Below, piece after piece: positions 1-10,366 of a stretch of 64,000 bases of DNA. The position numbers and the translations under genes are program-made. Origin of the DNA: Scyliorhinus canicula. Its lineage: Eukaryota. The notes under the pieces are model-generated. The model saw nothing but the letters and a program-made list of their open reading frames with translations. It did not search any database and was not told the DNA's origin. Each line of letters opens with the position of its first letter. Within the stretch, counting starts at the first letter, position 1. The stretch covers positions 81,323,072 to 81,387,071 of the forward strand of contig NC_052154.1 in the NCBI RefSeq assembly GCF_902713615.1, written 5' to 3'.

Positions 1-740
1 CAAAATGAGGTATATTCAGGTCAAAAACGTCCTCCGTATAGAAATTACGTGTAACCCCAGACACCAGCTCACTCGTTATTTGAGGAACTCTTGGATGTGA
101 GTGGCCTAGGGAACGGGAAATGTGGAGGCTTGTATGGGCGACTGTTGGAGAAGGTACAGTCCCCCCTGGACAAGACAAGGTAAAATGTGAGGAAGAACTA
201 GGCATAGAAGTAGGGGGGAGGAAGGATAGAGTCTGGATGGAAGCACTACACAGGGTCAACTCCACCTCCACATGGGCATAATATAGCCCATGGAGAAGAT
301 AAAGTTCACCATCGGGTTTCCACAGGACGTGAAAGATGTTCCCCAACCGGTTGCAAAACCTGTTCTTAGCCAGTAACCAGTAGAGCAGAGGCGGGGGGGG
401 GGGGGGGGGGGAGAAGAGGGGTAGTCACAGACCAGCCACGGAATAGAAAGGAAGAGGGAGGGGGGAATAGAAGGGGCGGGGGAAAGAAGGTTTGGAGGGG
501 GTTGCAAAGACTCACAAGAAAAAGAGAGATCTGAGGCACAAAGGGCAGAGCCACAGGGGCGGGTCCGAGGGCATGTTGGAAACCAGAGGGAGCAACAATA
601 CGCCGGATAATACACGCTTGGGCCAACACTGGGGAGGGCAGCTGAGCCAGACCAGCCAACTGGGATCCACAGCCACAGTGGGGGCGGGGGGGGGGGGGGG
701 GGGGGTGAGGGTAATATGTCGATGTAAATATTTATTGTGA
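1..740 (+). mobile_element. L1-clade LINE 3' remnant (ORF2 C-terminus/3'UTR)
   Basis: Matches the 3' parts of the other L1 copies here (gaggaagaactagg..., tggatggaagcactacacagggtcaactccacc); G-rich 3'UTR. Confidence 0.7.
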
Positions 741-786
741 TCTTTTTTTCTTCATATTTTCTTTCTCGCTCTTTGGTTTAACTCAC

Positions 787-866
787 TTTTATAAATTTTA
801 ATCTTTCCTTAGTTGCTTTTGCTTGGTATAATGCCCGGTTATGAAACTTGTAATTTAACGGACGAA
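787..866 (-). other. Candidate exon of an unidentified gene
   Basis: Pyrimidine-rich acceptor ending cacttcag and strong donor gtgagt. The only open frame is phase 1 to 0 (RPLNYKFHNRALYQAKATKERLKFIK). Confidence 0.3.
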
Positions 867-1994
867 CTGAAGTGTGTAACATCAAATGTGAAGACCAATA
901 AAAGCATTGAAAAAAGATGTGCGGCTGAATAAGGAAACAAAACAAATCTGCATTTAGAAAGCAACATATGGAAAGCGAACGAATAAAACATGCCTGAGGG
1001 CGAAGGTCTTGCACGTTACCAATTGTACCAATAGTGCGATTAGCAATGTAACATTGCTAACTTTGATGTAGAATATCTGTGGACTATGAACAGCGACTGT
1101 TGTCATGATTACACTAAACATGTGATGTGAAATTACTGGTATTATTTCACAGTAGGTACATTTGCAACATGCTCCGATTAACTAAGTTAAATTTAGATCT
1201 TGGTGTCTTGGTGCTTCGAGCAGAGCAACTGAACCACATCTTTAGTTCGCTCGCTTGAGCAATTCACCCTGGTTAATATTTAGCAGCACATTCATGTAGA
1301 TACCGGCAGAAGATTGGCAACCCCAACTAATAGTTATACTTTTTGAGAACGGGGAGAACGCCCACACAGCGACCTTTCATTTCCTGTGCATAGATATACC
1401 AGCGTTAAATAATGATCAACAAAATCTACACCAGATCGGTATCAGAAAAAATACTAGAAGACAATAATAAGGAGGCCGATATCTCCCATTACCATCGCGA
1501 ATGAAGATAGGGCAATTATGAAGTGAATTGCGTTTTCATTCCCCTTGCGAGTATCGACAGTATATGATAATACACAAGGCATTTTGAAACAGCGCGTTGT
1601 TATTATATGAGAAAAACAACACGAAGTAAACGGAAACATAATGATCGAAAAACAGTCAGAGATTTATTTGTATTTTTGCGAAGATCCCTGTAATTCGACA
1701 GAAATGTTCTTGCAGAAACACAAGTTATGAATTCAAATCAACACGAATTTTTAAAAAGTGCAAATCTTGTTTGATTGTCGCTGTAGATTTTTTAAAGACC
1801 CCGTGCGCAGAATAAAGGACATGCAGTAAAGATCAATCGCGCAGATTTGTTTTCAGAAAGCAATGTGACAGCATAGCGAATTGATTCTTAAAACTAAAAC
1901 TGGTGGGAATTATCAAATCGGAGTTGGACATGCCGTTGAAACCGAGAATATTGTAGGGTTTTAAAGGGAAAGCCGGAGCAAGGAACGAACTGAA

Positions 1995-2146
1995 ATTAAA
2001 AATAAACAGAAAATGCTGGAAATACTCAGTAAATCGGGCAGCATCTTGTGGACAAGGCTGATGAAATGACGCCTGTTTATTTAAATCTCTCTCCAGCGAT
2101 GCAGCCGAAATTGTTGAATATTTTTACTTTTCTGTTTTTATTCCAG
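1995..2146. repeat. Palindromic short repeat (Penelope-like terminal fragments)
   Basis: aaacagaaaatgctggaaatactcag...tttctgtttttatt inverted arms; related copies at about 6620-6770, 6810-6960 and 36880-37040. Family assignment is from recall. Confidence 0.55.
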
Positions 2147-2159
2147 GTGTACAGCATAC

Positions 2160-2387
2160 GTGATATTTTCCCTGTGTATTCTTGAACTAATTGGAAATAT
2201 CTTTCTAAGTGACGCACTGTCACTATGACCCGGCAATACTTCCTTCTGTACTTCGAGATGATATGATTCCACGCGGCCATGTGAATAGACAGGAGCTCGG
2301 GGGACAACCGGAAGGTCCTGGCAATTGACTGATGATGCTGAATATAGACTGGAGTTTCACCTTTCCAGAACACCAGCGTCACCTCGC
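2160..2387 (-). other. Candidate coding exon of an unidentified gene
   Basis: Acceptor gatttgcag, donor C|gtatgc, 228 nt open, phase 1-1 (GEVTLVFWKGETPVYIQ...YCRVIVT...GKIS). Not recognised. Confidence 0.25.
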
Positions 2388-2559
2388 CTGCAAATCACTG
2401 GGCGCTGACTGAACACATAAATTACCACACAGCCTTAACTCTCGCCAATATAATCGGGTGGGGGGCGGTGGGTCGTTGTGTTCGTGTGTGATCGAACATG
2501 ATCTATCTTTATCGGATTCACATATGATGATAATGAGGGAGAGCAGGACTGCTGTGGTA

Positions 2560-3445
2560 TCGTTTTGGGCAAGCTGAGTGAGTTGCCAAATGCATGGCAG
2601 TCTAATGTGGATAAATGTGAGGTTATCCTGGTTTGGTAGCAAACACAGGAAGGCAGATTATCATCTGCATGGCGAGAAATTGGGAGAGGACGCCCACACA
2701 ACGACCTTTCATTTCTCGTGTGTGCAATGAGACCTGGGTGTCCTCGAGCACCAGTCGCCGAGGGTAAGCATCAGGTGCAGCAAGCTGTAAAGAAGGCAAG
2801 TGGTATGTTGGCCTTCATAGCGAGAGGATTTGAGTACAGGACCAGGGATGTGTGGCTGCAGTTGTACAGGGCCCTGGTGAGGCCACATCTGCAGTATTGT
2901 GTGTAGTTTTGATCTCCTTAACTGAGGAAGGAGGTTCTTGCTGCAGAGGGAGTGCAGCCATGGTTGACCAGACTGTTTCCTGGGATGGCAGGACTGACAA
3001 ATGAAGAGAGATTGAATCCTTCAGGATTGTATTCACTCCGGTTCTGAAGAATGGGGGAGGGGGACTCATGAAAACCTATAGAATTCTACTGGGAGTAGAG
3101 AGGGTCGATGCAGAAAGGATGTTTCGGATGGTGGGGGACTCTAGAACCAGGGGTCCGCAGATTGAGGATACCCATAAAGCATTTAGGACAGAAATTAGGA
3201 GAAATTTCTTCACACAGGGAGTGGTGAGCTTGTTGAATTCGCTACTACAGAATGTGGAGGCCAAAACAGATGTTTTCAAGAAGGATTTATATAGCTCTTG
3301 GGGTGAAAGGGGTCAAAGGATATGGGGCAGGAGTGGGGAGGTGGAAACAGGGTATTGAGTTGGATGACCAGCCATGATCATAATGAATGGCGGCGCCGAT
3401 TCAAAGGGCTAAATTGCCTCCTCATGCTCCTATCTCCTATATTTC
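2560..3445 (+). mobile_element. CR1 LINE 3' fragment
   Basis: Decayed RT C-terminus (GMLAFIARGFEYR, LQLYRALVRPHLQYC, IRRNFFTQGVV) followed by the CR1 3'UTR. Confidence 0.9.
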
Positions 3446-3505
3446 TGTTTCACCGAAACAGGTGCTCAATATAGACCTAACAGTAAAATAATCCAAGAGA
3501 GTTGA

Positions 3506-3511
3506 TTTATT
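3506..3511 (-). terminator. Candidate polyadenylation signal of the IgSF receptor gene
   Basis: AATAAA on the minus strand about 190 nt after the stop codon. Confidence 0.4.
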
Positions 3512-3696
3512 CTGAGAAGCAGTTCAAAGAAAATCCATCGAAAAATTAACCAGCTAATAATAACCGGATATGTGCTATATCATGTAATGTGCTACCTCTC
3601 GGAGGGGTTGGTATAAAGTCGTATACACCTCCTGAAATTGCCAAGGGAGGGCAATGCGATTAGTACCCATGAGATGAGGAACTCCTGCATCTAAAT

Positions 3697-3879
3697 TCAT
3701 TTCGTAAATGGCTTTCTTCCTTCTGCATCGATAACCTCTCTTCCACATCCTTGTCCTTTAGCCGGCAACTCCGCATACTCTGTTCTTCTTTTGTTATTGT
3801 TGCGTATCCCCGAGTTCACTGTGCCAGTCAATGCTAGAGCCGCGTAAATTAGCTTGTTATTGACTCCCTCTTGTTGGTC
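3697..3879 (-). CDS. Exon 7, terminal exon with ITIM LIYAAL and ITSM-like TEYAEL
   Basis: Acceptor ctttacag. Translation DQQEGVNNKLIYAALALTGTVNSGIRNNNKRRTEYAELPAKGQGCGREVIDAEGRKPFTK then TGA at 3697-3699. Confidence 0.88.
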   Translation of the reverse strand, partial: DQQEGVNNKLIYAALALTGTVNSGIRNNNKRRTEYAELPAKGQGCGREVIDAEGRKPFTK

Positions 3880-6800
3880 CTGTAAAGCCCATATTTGAAA
3901 GTATTGTTAATTCGTCTTTTTTCCACTTTTGCGCACTGCTGCTCAAAGCAGCTAACAGAAGCACAAGTAAACGTCGATACATCACACGATCAAAGGCAAC
4001 ATAAGAAAATTCCTCCCGTAAGATCATGAATGTTGATGTTACTCTGATAATCTATGACGTTTCTGTTACTCAGCCCTACCTGAGCGTGCACGCTTGTCTC
4101 CTCTTCACGTTTACGTCTTGGAGTTTTCCCCGCGCTGCTGAAATCTGGTGCAGCATAAGGCACACTCTGAACGGCGCTTCTCTGCAAAGGCTAGGAGTAA
4201 AATGTTTTATGAAGTGGCTCGTTCATTGGCTTCATCCGTTTTCCTTCCACTAAGCAAGCATTGAACAGATTGCCCTAGGCTGGACATCAATTGCACAGCC
4301 CAAATTTCAGACATGTACATGAATACGAGTGTTAATACACAATGGTCACCATAACTAATCTTTATATTTCTTACTACTCTACACCATGTCGCAAAATTGT
4401 TTCAACGAGCTTCAATTACTTTAGATCAATTTATTTTCAAACTCAAAGAATGAATCTATAAAGTTATTACCTGGGATTATGATCAGATAAATAATCGGCT
4501 TTCGTTTTTTATCCAATTAGCACTTTTTTTTTTAGAACAGTACAGCACAGAACAGGCCCTTCGGCCCTCGATGTTGTGCCGAGCAATGATCACCCTACTC
4601 AAACTCACGTATCCACCCTATACCCGTAACCCAACAACTCCCCCTGAACCTTACTTTTTAGGACACTACGGGCAATTTAGCATGGCCAATCCACCTAACC
4701 CGCACATCTTTGGACTGTGTGAGGAAACCGGAACACCCGGAGGAAACCCACGCACACACGGGGAGGACATGCAGACTCCACACAGACAGTGACCCAGCCG
4801 GGAATCGAACCTGGGACCCTGGAGCTGTGAAGCATTGATGCTAACCACTATGCTACCGTGCTGCACATTTTTTAAAACTGGTGCCAAGTACATATCTAAC
4901 CTTGAGTGAAAGGAGTTACTGACACCCGTCAGAAACCATTCAACAAATGGGTTGAAACTTCTAAGGTGATTATGATCCATCATTGTAATCGTACCATTCT
5001 TTCTGACATTTCGATCAGCTGTCGGCATGAATGAATGGACTTACCAACTCCTCGCGGTGGTTCAATCCCATTACAGATTCGCCCTTACCTGGAAATGAGT
5101 GAAATTTGACTTTAAATATTGAACTATTTATTCAACTTCCATATCAGAGATTGCAAAGACCCACCTAATGTAGAATAAAAAGCCAATTTTGAATTGTCGC
5201 TGCAATGTTGAAAATTCCAATGCTTCCAGCGATCAGCAGTGGTGCATTTTCTTTAGATCACATTTCGAAAAGCAAGGAAATGTTTTCGGACACTAAGGGT
5301 TACAAGGTTATGGAAAGAGGGGAGATTAGTTCAAGAGCAAGCATGAATTTATTGCTTGGGGCAACAGGCGAGAGGGCGATAGGGCGGACCTCTGCTCGTT
5401 TTCTCACCTTCCTCGGCGCGCAGCCATTCCCGGGCGGTACTTGCAAGGACCAGCTTCAAGCAGTTGAGTATCGGTAACGGAATAGGTTGGAAATGATTGC
5501 CTGGCAGCTTATTTTTTATTTATCATGCTGCAAAGGGGAAATTTCCGTTGGAACCTCCTCCCCGCTAAATTAATTTCCATGTTGATTCCGAACCTGTGAA
5601 CATTCTTGAGTTTTAAGATGCGTTTAGATTTAACCGAGTTTCCAAAAATGAAGTGGAGTTCACCTGAGGAAGGAGCAGTGGTTCGAAAGCTAGTGTTTGA
5701 AACAAACGTGTTGGACTTTAACCTGGTGTTGTAAGACTTCTTACCAAAAATGAAGAATAGTGATTTCAAATTGAACTCCTGAGCGAATTCTCCTCCCCCA
5801 CTCCCAGATGCTGTCCGGTGAGAGTCTAACCTTGAGCTTTACATTAAATCAAGTATTGATAACAGATCTTACCTTCATTATTCTGAAGTCGACACCGTCT
5901 TCCAATGACAGCCAGTAGCACTAGAAAGGCCAATCCAGCCACTGCACAAACTGGACCCCAGAGGACAAGTGAATTGCAGACAACATCTGCAATATTGAGA
6001 GAAAAATTTGGGCGTTGTATAAAAATATACACCAAAAGATAACTTAATGTTTAAACGACGACGATGCTTTCAATAATTTGAATGTGAGTCTTTGCATGTT
6101 GTTTTGCATTCAAAGTATCATCTTGCATCATTGGCTTTGTCTATATATATGTTTGTGTAACCCACCTCTTCGTCATCTGATGAAGGAGCAACGCTCCAAA
6201 AGTTAGTGATTCAAAACAAACCTGTTGGACTTTAACCTGGTGTTGTAAGACTTCTTACTGTGCCCACCCCAGTCCAACACCGGCATCTTCACATCAAAAT
6301 TACAGAGGATACAAGGGTAGCCAATCTAAACTTTCCTTATAAGACACCCCTCCCATCCCAGGTACCAGTCGATAAAGTCGTCTTTAAACTTCTTCGAAAG
6401 CATTTTCGTTCTTGATCAATGTTGTATGCAGTCTTCCAAATGTGCTCTGACCAATGACCTGTATAAATAAAGTATAACCCCTCTGATAGATTATCATATA
6501 ACATACTAACATTTCCTTTATCTTGTGCCCTGAATATCTTTGTGCAATCTTCCCAGTTCACACCTATCTTTTATTTTGCTCCACCTGCTCCATCCGATTT
6601 AGCGGTATGATATCCATCACATTTCTGTCTCACTTTAACTCTGAAGAAGAGACTTGCAGACTCGAAGTTAAGTCTATTTCCACAGATGCTGCCAGACCTG
6701 CAGTTCATCCAGCATTTTCTGTTTTCATTTCATATTTCCAGCATCCGCAGTATTTTGCTTTCATTTAATATAATGTGTTTTTTTGCGGAGGAATTGAATA

Positions 6801-9800
6801 TAAAAGTAGCGGCGTTGTGAAATAAATACAGAAAACACTGGATAAATTCAGACGGTCTGGCAGCATCCGTGGAGAGAGAAAGAGCTTTTGGATAATTTCT
6901 CTGTTTCAGTCTCCACAGATGCTACCAGACCTGCTGAGTTTACCCAGCATCTTCTGTTTTTATAACATTCCACTAATTACTTGCTGTGCTACATTCATTT
7001 TGTGATTCATACACTAGGACACCCAAGCCTCTCATCTCAGAACTCTGTAATCTCTCGCCATTTAGATAATACGTTTATTTTTATTCCTCCTGCCAAAATG
7101 TACACTTTTGCATTTTCCCACATTATACAACATTTGTCAGATCTTTACCCACCTACTTAACCTATCCGCATCACTTTACAAACTCCTTCTGTCCTTTTCT
7201 GAATTTACTTGTCTGTCGTTGTCTCGCCAGCAAACCTAGTAAACAAAGCTTCGGTCCCCTCATCCAAGCCATTTATATAAACTGTAACATTTGAGGCCCC
7301 GGCATTGATCCTCACAGATACTGCTTTTGGTGATGTGCAATACATGACTAAAATAGTTGTTCTCGTTCTCGACGTTTCCTATTTAGTAACATTCATAGTT
7401 CCATGAAATTAGAGGCCTTTTTTCACAAGTGTTTCTTCGCTGACACCACAAAATTCTGAATTGGAGCAATCGGTTGAGAATTCCCCTTTCAGTTAATTGA
7501 GCTGTGTTTGTCAAAGTGAGTAACAGAGATCTACGGAGGGGGTCTAATTGATTATTGTTTCGCTGGGGAAAAAATATTAATAACATGCGTTGGTCGGCTG
7601 CACAGTACCCTGGTTAAGCACAAAGTTCAAATGAGAGAGACAGATTCCAATGAAACACGGCATAGAGGGATAAGGGGTAAAAGTTGTCAAGTGCATTAAC
7701 CTCAGAATTCCGCACTGGAGGAAACCAGAATGGGAGCAAGCTTGGGAGCCGCAGTGGGAGACACTCCAGTGAAAACAGCATGATGGTAACTCCTTGACAA
7801 TAATGCCAGGTAAAATAGGCATATGGAAGCAAAATAAACTGATACAATCTTAATAATGTGGAGTGAAACATAGATAGAATAGATCAAACCTGTTTCCAAT
7901 TGTTGTGTGATTATAAAGGTATTTGAATGCAAATAAGGCTTGATCATTTTTGCAACACAGAGGCCCAATTGTCATGATAGATACATGGCATGTTGTAGAT
8001 TCACAGAATCTCCACAGTACAGACAGAGGCCATCAGGCCCACTCCAGCGACCCACTGAAAGAGCATTTTGCCTCGGCATATTCCCCGGCCGTATCACGGT
8101 AACCCACCTCACCTGCACACATTTGGACACGAGGGAGCAATTTGGCGTGGCTAATGCATCTAACCTGCATGTCTTTGGACTGTGGGAGGTAACCACAGGA
8201 AACCCACGCACACACGAGAAGAACGTGCAAACTCCACACAGTCACCTAAGGTCGGAATCGAACCCGATTCCCTGGCGCTGTGAGGTAGCAGTGCTAACCA
8301 CTGTGCTAACTCTGCATTTACCAGTGCCTATTTTACCTGCCATTATCGTCAAGGAGTTACCGCCATGCTGTTTTCGCTTGAGTGTCTCCCACTGTGCCAC
8401 CCTGCTGCCCGCCATGGTAAATATTCGACTGGAGATTACTATGTTTTCAAGAAGGACTTAGATGTAGTTTTTGGGGCGAAAGAGATCAAAGGACATGAAG
8501 GGACAAAGGGGGAATGCAAGAACAGGCTAGGAGTTGGCTGATCAGCCATCATCATAATGAATGGGAGGCTCGAAGGGCGGAATGGTCCACTCCTGGTCCT
8601 ATTCTCAATGTTTATATGTTTCTTTGGGCTAGCTTCACGATTGTCAATGGGTAAAACTTCTGCGTTTCATCTATTTGCGAATTTAACAGTAGCCACCTCA
8701 CCTTTTTGAACTCCCGGCCTCGAAACTTGATTGAATATAGAAACAGTGTGAGCAACGGCAGCAGGTATCTTGAGGGAGATATGTGATACCGAACAAGTAT
8801 AAGTGGTATCGCTCTGGAGAGGCTGCGTCTCAGTCAAAGAGCTGGAAACCTCATATAAACCCTCAGTGTTCTGGATGTTCACGGTGTGTATTCCTAATGT
8901 GGCTTCAGCACCATCTTTATACCAAGTGAGGGTCAACTCCTCCGGATAAAATGCGGCTGTTTTACACATAACAGTCAAAGGCGCAGAGATATTTCCTTCA
9001 GGTAACCTGGAAGCAATATTCAGTGGGAGCGGAGCAACTGTGGAGCAAATGAACAAAGCCGAGTTACTGAGCAACAGTATCAATGTTTGGGTTGCATAGT
9101 CGAAGGAATTAAGTAAAATAACTTAACGGAGCGGAGGGAGTGGGTGCTTGGAGTCGCTTCTGTTTGCAGATTTAACCGCTCATTGTTAATTACAAAATGA
9201 GGACCTCGAGTGACTTCAGACATAATTTGCAGCCAAACATTGTGAATGAAAATAATAAAATTTGGTTGAAACCTCAGTTGTTTTCGCCAACACAGTCCTG
9301 CTGTGTTGTTCCGTCCATGCAGGCCAGTGATTGTACAGGCCAGTGATTGTACAGTGTGCTGTGCTGCAAGCTTCAGTTTCTTCCGTGAATCAGTTCACCA
9401 CAGTTAGTTGTAAACTAATTTTGAACTCAGTGGTGCTAACGTAATGTGAGCATTAGTTTCGGGAGAACCGTGGAGGGAGCGAGGAAATCGAAACCACGCA
9501 TATGGTGGGAGAAACGCACTCGTTAACGATTGTCAGATTTTCACATGTACAGAAATAGATCTTTAAACTATCTGCTACATAAATTAGCCTCAGGATTACA
9601 TTCTCACTGTTTGACCTGTATATACGTTACAGGTACTGTGCGTGTGATATTGAACATCTAAATCAACAGATCTTTCCAGAAAACAAGGATATGGAATTTA
9701 GGTTATCTGCAGAGTCATCATTATCCTGCCAAAATCGGGGAAATCAGCAAGTACCAAACAACCCTGTTTGCTATGTTCCATATGTTTGAGATAAGCGCGT

Positions 9801-10366
9801 TCTCTATTGTTCCACACTTACCATGTACAATCAGATGTGACCCGGTTCCATTTCGTTCAGCTATTCCTTTACGCATCACGGCGCAGTGATAGACTCCAGA
9901 GTCGTGCAAAGTCGCGCTGAGCAAATTAAAGAAAGCTGTGGTTTCATTTTCATAGCCAAATCTTTTTCTACGATCAGTTCTTGTGTGGAGGTATTCATTC
10001 TCACGGTCTTTCCACCAATATACTTCCACTGGCGAATGGCGCTGAGAGGGAGGGAATGTGCAGTAGAATGTAACGTACCCACTCTTAGGTACAACCACTA
10101 GTTTGGGCGTTTGAGTGACACTGAATGGACGGTGGTCCGAGACTGTGAAGAAATATAGTCAAGTAGAAGGTAATAATATTAGATGAGACATAAAGAATAA
10201 TGAGAGAAGCAGTTAACCAGACAGAGTAATTACGATTCATTAAAGCAACTAGAAGCTACTCCGAAATCGTTCTATAAACTAAAACGGCTGGGCTAATGAA
10301 TATAGATGTACCTGTGTGAATAATCCCAGGGAGAGACAAGATAAGAAAACATATCCTCGCTGACAT
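3697..10366 (-). CDS. SIRP-like Ig-superfamily inhibitory receptor, L-V(J)-C1-TM-ITIM/ITSM, 384 aa; join(10312-10366,9822-10142,8702-9037,5873-5986,5045-5088,4080-4181,3697-3879)
   Basis: Seven exons with canonical AG/GT sites and matching phases (1,1,1,1,0,0). Lengths 55+321+336+114+44+102+183 = 1155 nt give an open frame from ATG to TGA. Domain motifs: V (C..W..DSGVYHC..GTGSHLIV), C1 (CKTAAFYP..W..YTCSVSH), hydrophobic TM, LIYAAL and TEYAEL. Confidence 0.9.
4080..4181 (-). CDS. Exon 6, cytoplasmic exon with degenerate tyrosine motifs (VPYAAP, SVHAQ)
   Basis: Acceptor cctttgcag, donor CAG|gtaggg; 102 nt, phase 0-0. Confidence 0.82.
4534..4864 (-). mobile_element. HE1-like tRNA-derived SINE with CR1-type tail
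   Basis: tRNA-like head (gcagcacggtagc..ggttagc; B box ggttcgattccc) and ttct tail. Family copies also at about 7996-8308, 17255-17545, 24272-24631, 24815-25155, 28458-28811, 28830-29179, 30381-30735 and 37665-37878. Confidence 0.88.
5045..5088 (-). CDS. Exon 5, short cytoplasmic exon GKGESVMGLNHREEL
   Basis: Acceptor catttccag, donor gtaagt. The 44-nt phase 1 to 0 exon is exactly what is needed to link exons 4 and 6. Confidence 0.8.
5655..5745. mobile_element. Penelope-like element fragment
   Basis: gaaggagcag..gaaagctagtg..aaacaaac.tgttggactttaacctggtgttgtaagacttcttac; further copies at about 6150-6295, 46240-46400 and 47555-47600. Confidence 0.65.
5873..5986 (-). CDS. Exon 4, Cys stalk plus transmembrane segment
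   Basis: Acceptor aatattgcag, donor G|gtaaga. Translation DVVCNSLVLWGPVCAVAGLAFLVLLAVIGRRCRLQNNE; uncharged TM followed by basic stop-transfer residues. Confidence 0.9.
7752..8394. repeat. 70-bp inverted repeat pair (7752-7821 / 8325-8394), possible old MITE with a nested SINE
   Basis: Arms are reverse complements with 6 mismatches in 70 and start CAGTGGGAGACAC. No TSD seen. Confidence 0.6.
8702..9037 (-). CDS. Exon 3, C1-set Ig domain
   Basis: Acceptor ttgctccacag, donor AAG|gtgagg. Translation APLPLNI...VMCKTAAFYPEELTLTWYKDG...GLYEVSSSL...YTCSVSHISL, the C1 pattern seen in MHC, TCR-C and SIRP. Confidence 0.93.
9320..9354. repeat. 16-bp tandem duplication (caggccagtgattgta x2)
   Basis: Direct reading. 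Confidence 0.9.
9822..10142 (-). CDS. Exon 2, V-set Ig domain with germline-joined J-like G strand
   Basis: Acceptor ttcttcacag, donor G|gtaagt. Translation SDHRPFSVTQTPK...FYC...VYWWK...DSGVYHCAVMRKGIAERNGTGSHLIVH. Confidence 0.93.
10312..10366 (-). CDS. Exon 1, signal peptide MSARICFLILSLPGIIHT
   Basis: ATG at 10366, hydrophobic core, phase-1 donor G|gtacat; joins the V exon as GTC. Confidence 0.8.

Noticed and set aside
1347-1390. 44-nt phase 1-0 exon resembling the size of receptor exon 5
   Set aside because: Weak donor (gtataa) and no sequence similarity to exon 5.
1454-1639. TM-like ORF (IHFIIALSSFAMVMGDIGLLIIVF) as the TM exon of a paralogue
   Set aside because: In-frame stop, poor acceptor and no compatible donor.
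4080-4181. C-to-U RNA editing restoring both degenerate motifs
   Set aside because: It is formally possible from the codons (CCA to CUA, CAC to UAC), but there is no supporting evidence and APOBEC1-type mRNA editing is not established in sharks. Genomic substitution is simpler.
4800-4864. tRNA genes
   Set aside because: The A/B-box sequences are SINE heads and do not form complete cloverleafs.
5410-5460. Extra cytoplasmic exon ending GGAAG|gtgaga in the TM-exon 5 intron
   Set aside because: No acceptor gives a phase 1-1 exon, and the gene closes without it.
9700-10200. Recombination signal sequences or a rearranging V segment
   Set aside because: The V exon runs through the J motif to a normal splice donor. 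None of the CACAGTG heptamers I checked in the window has a nonamer at 12/23 spacing.
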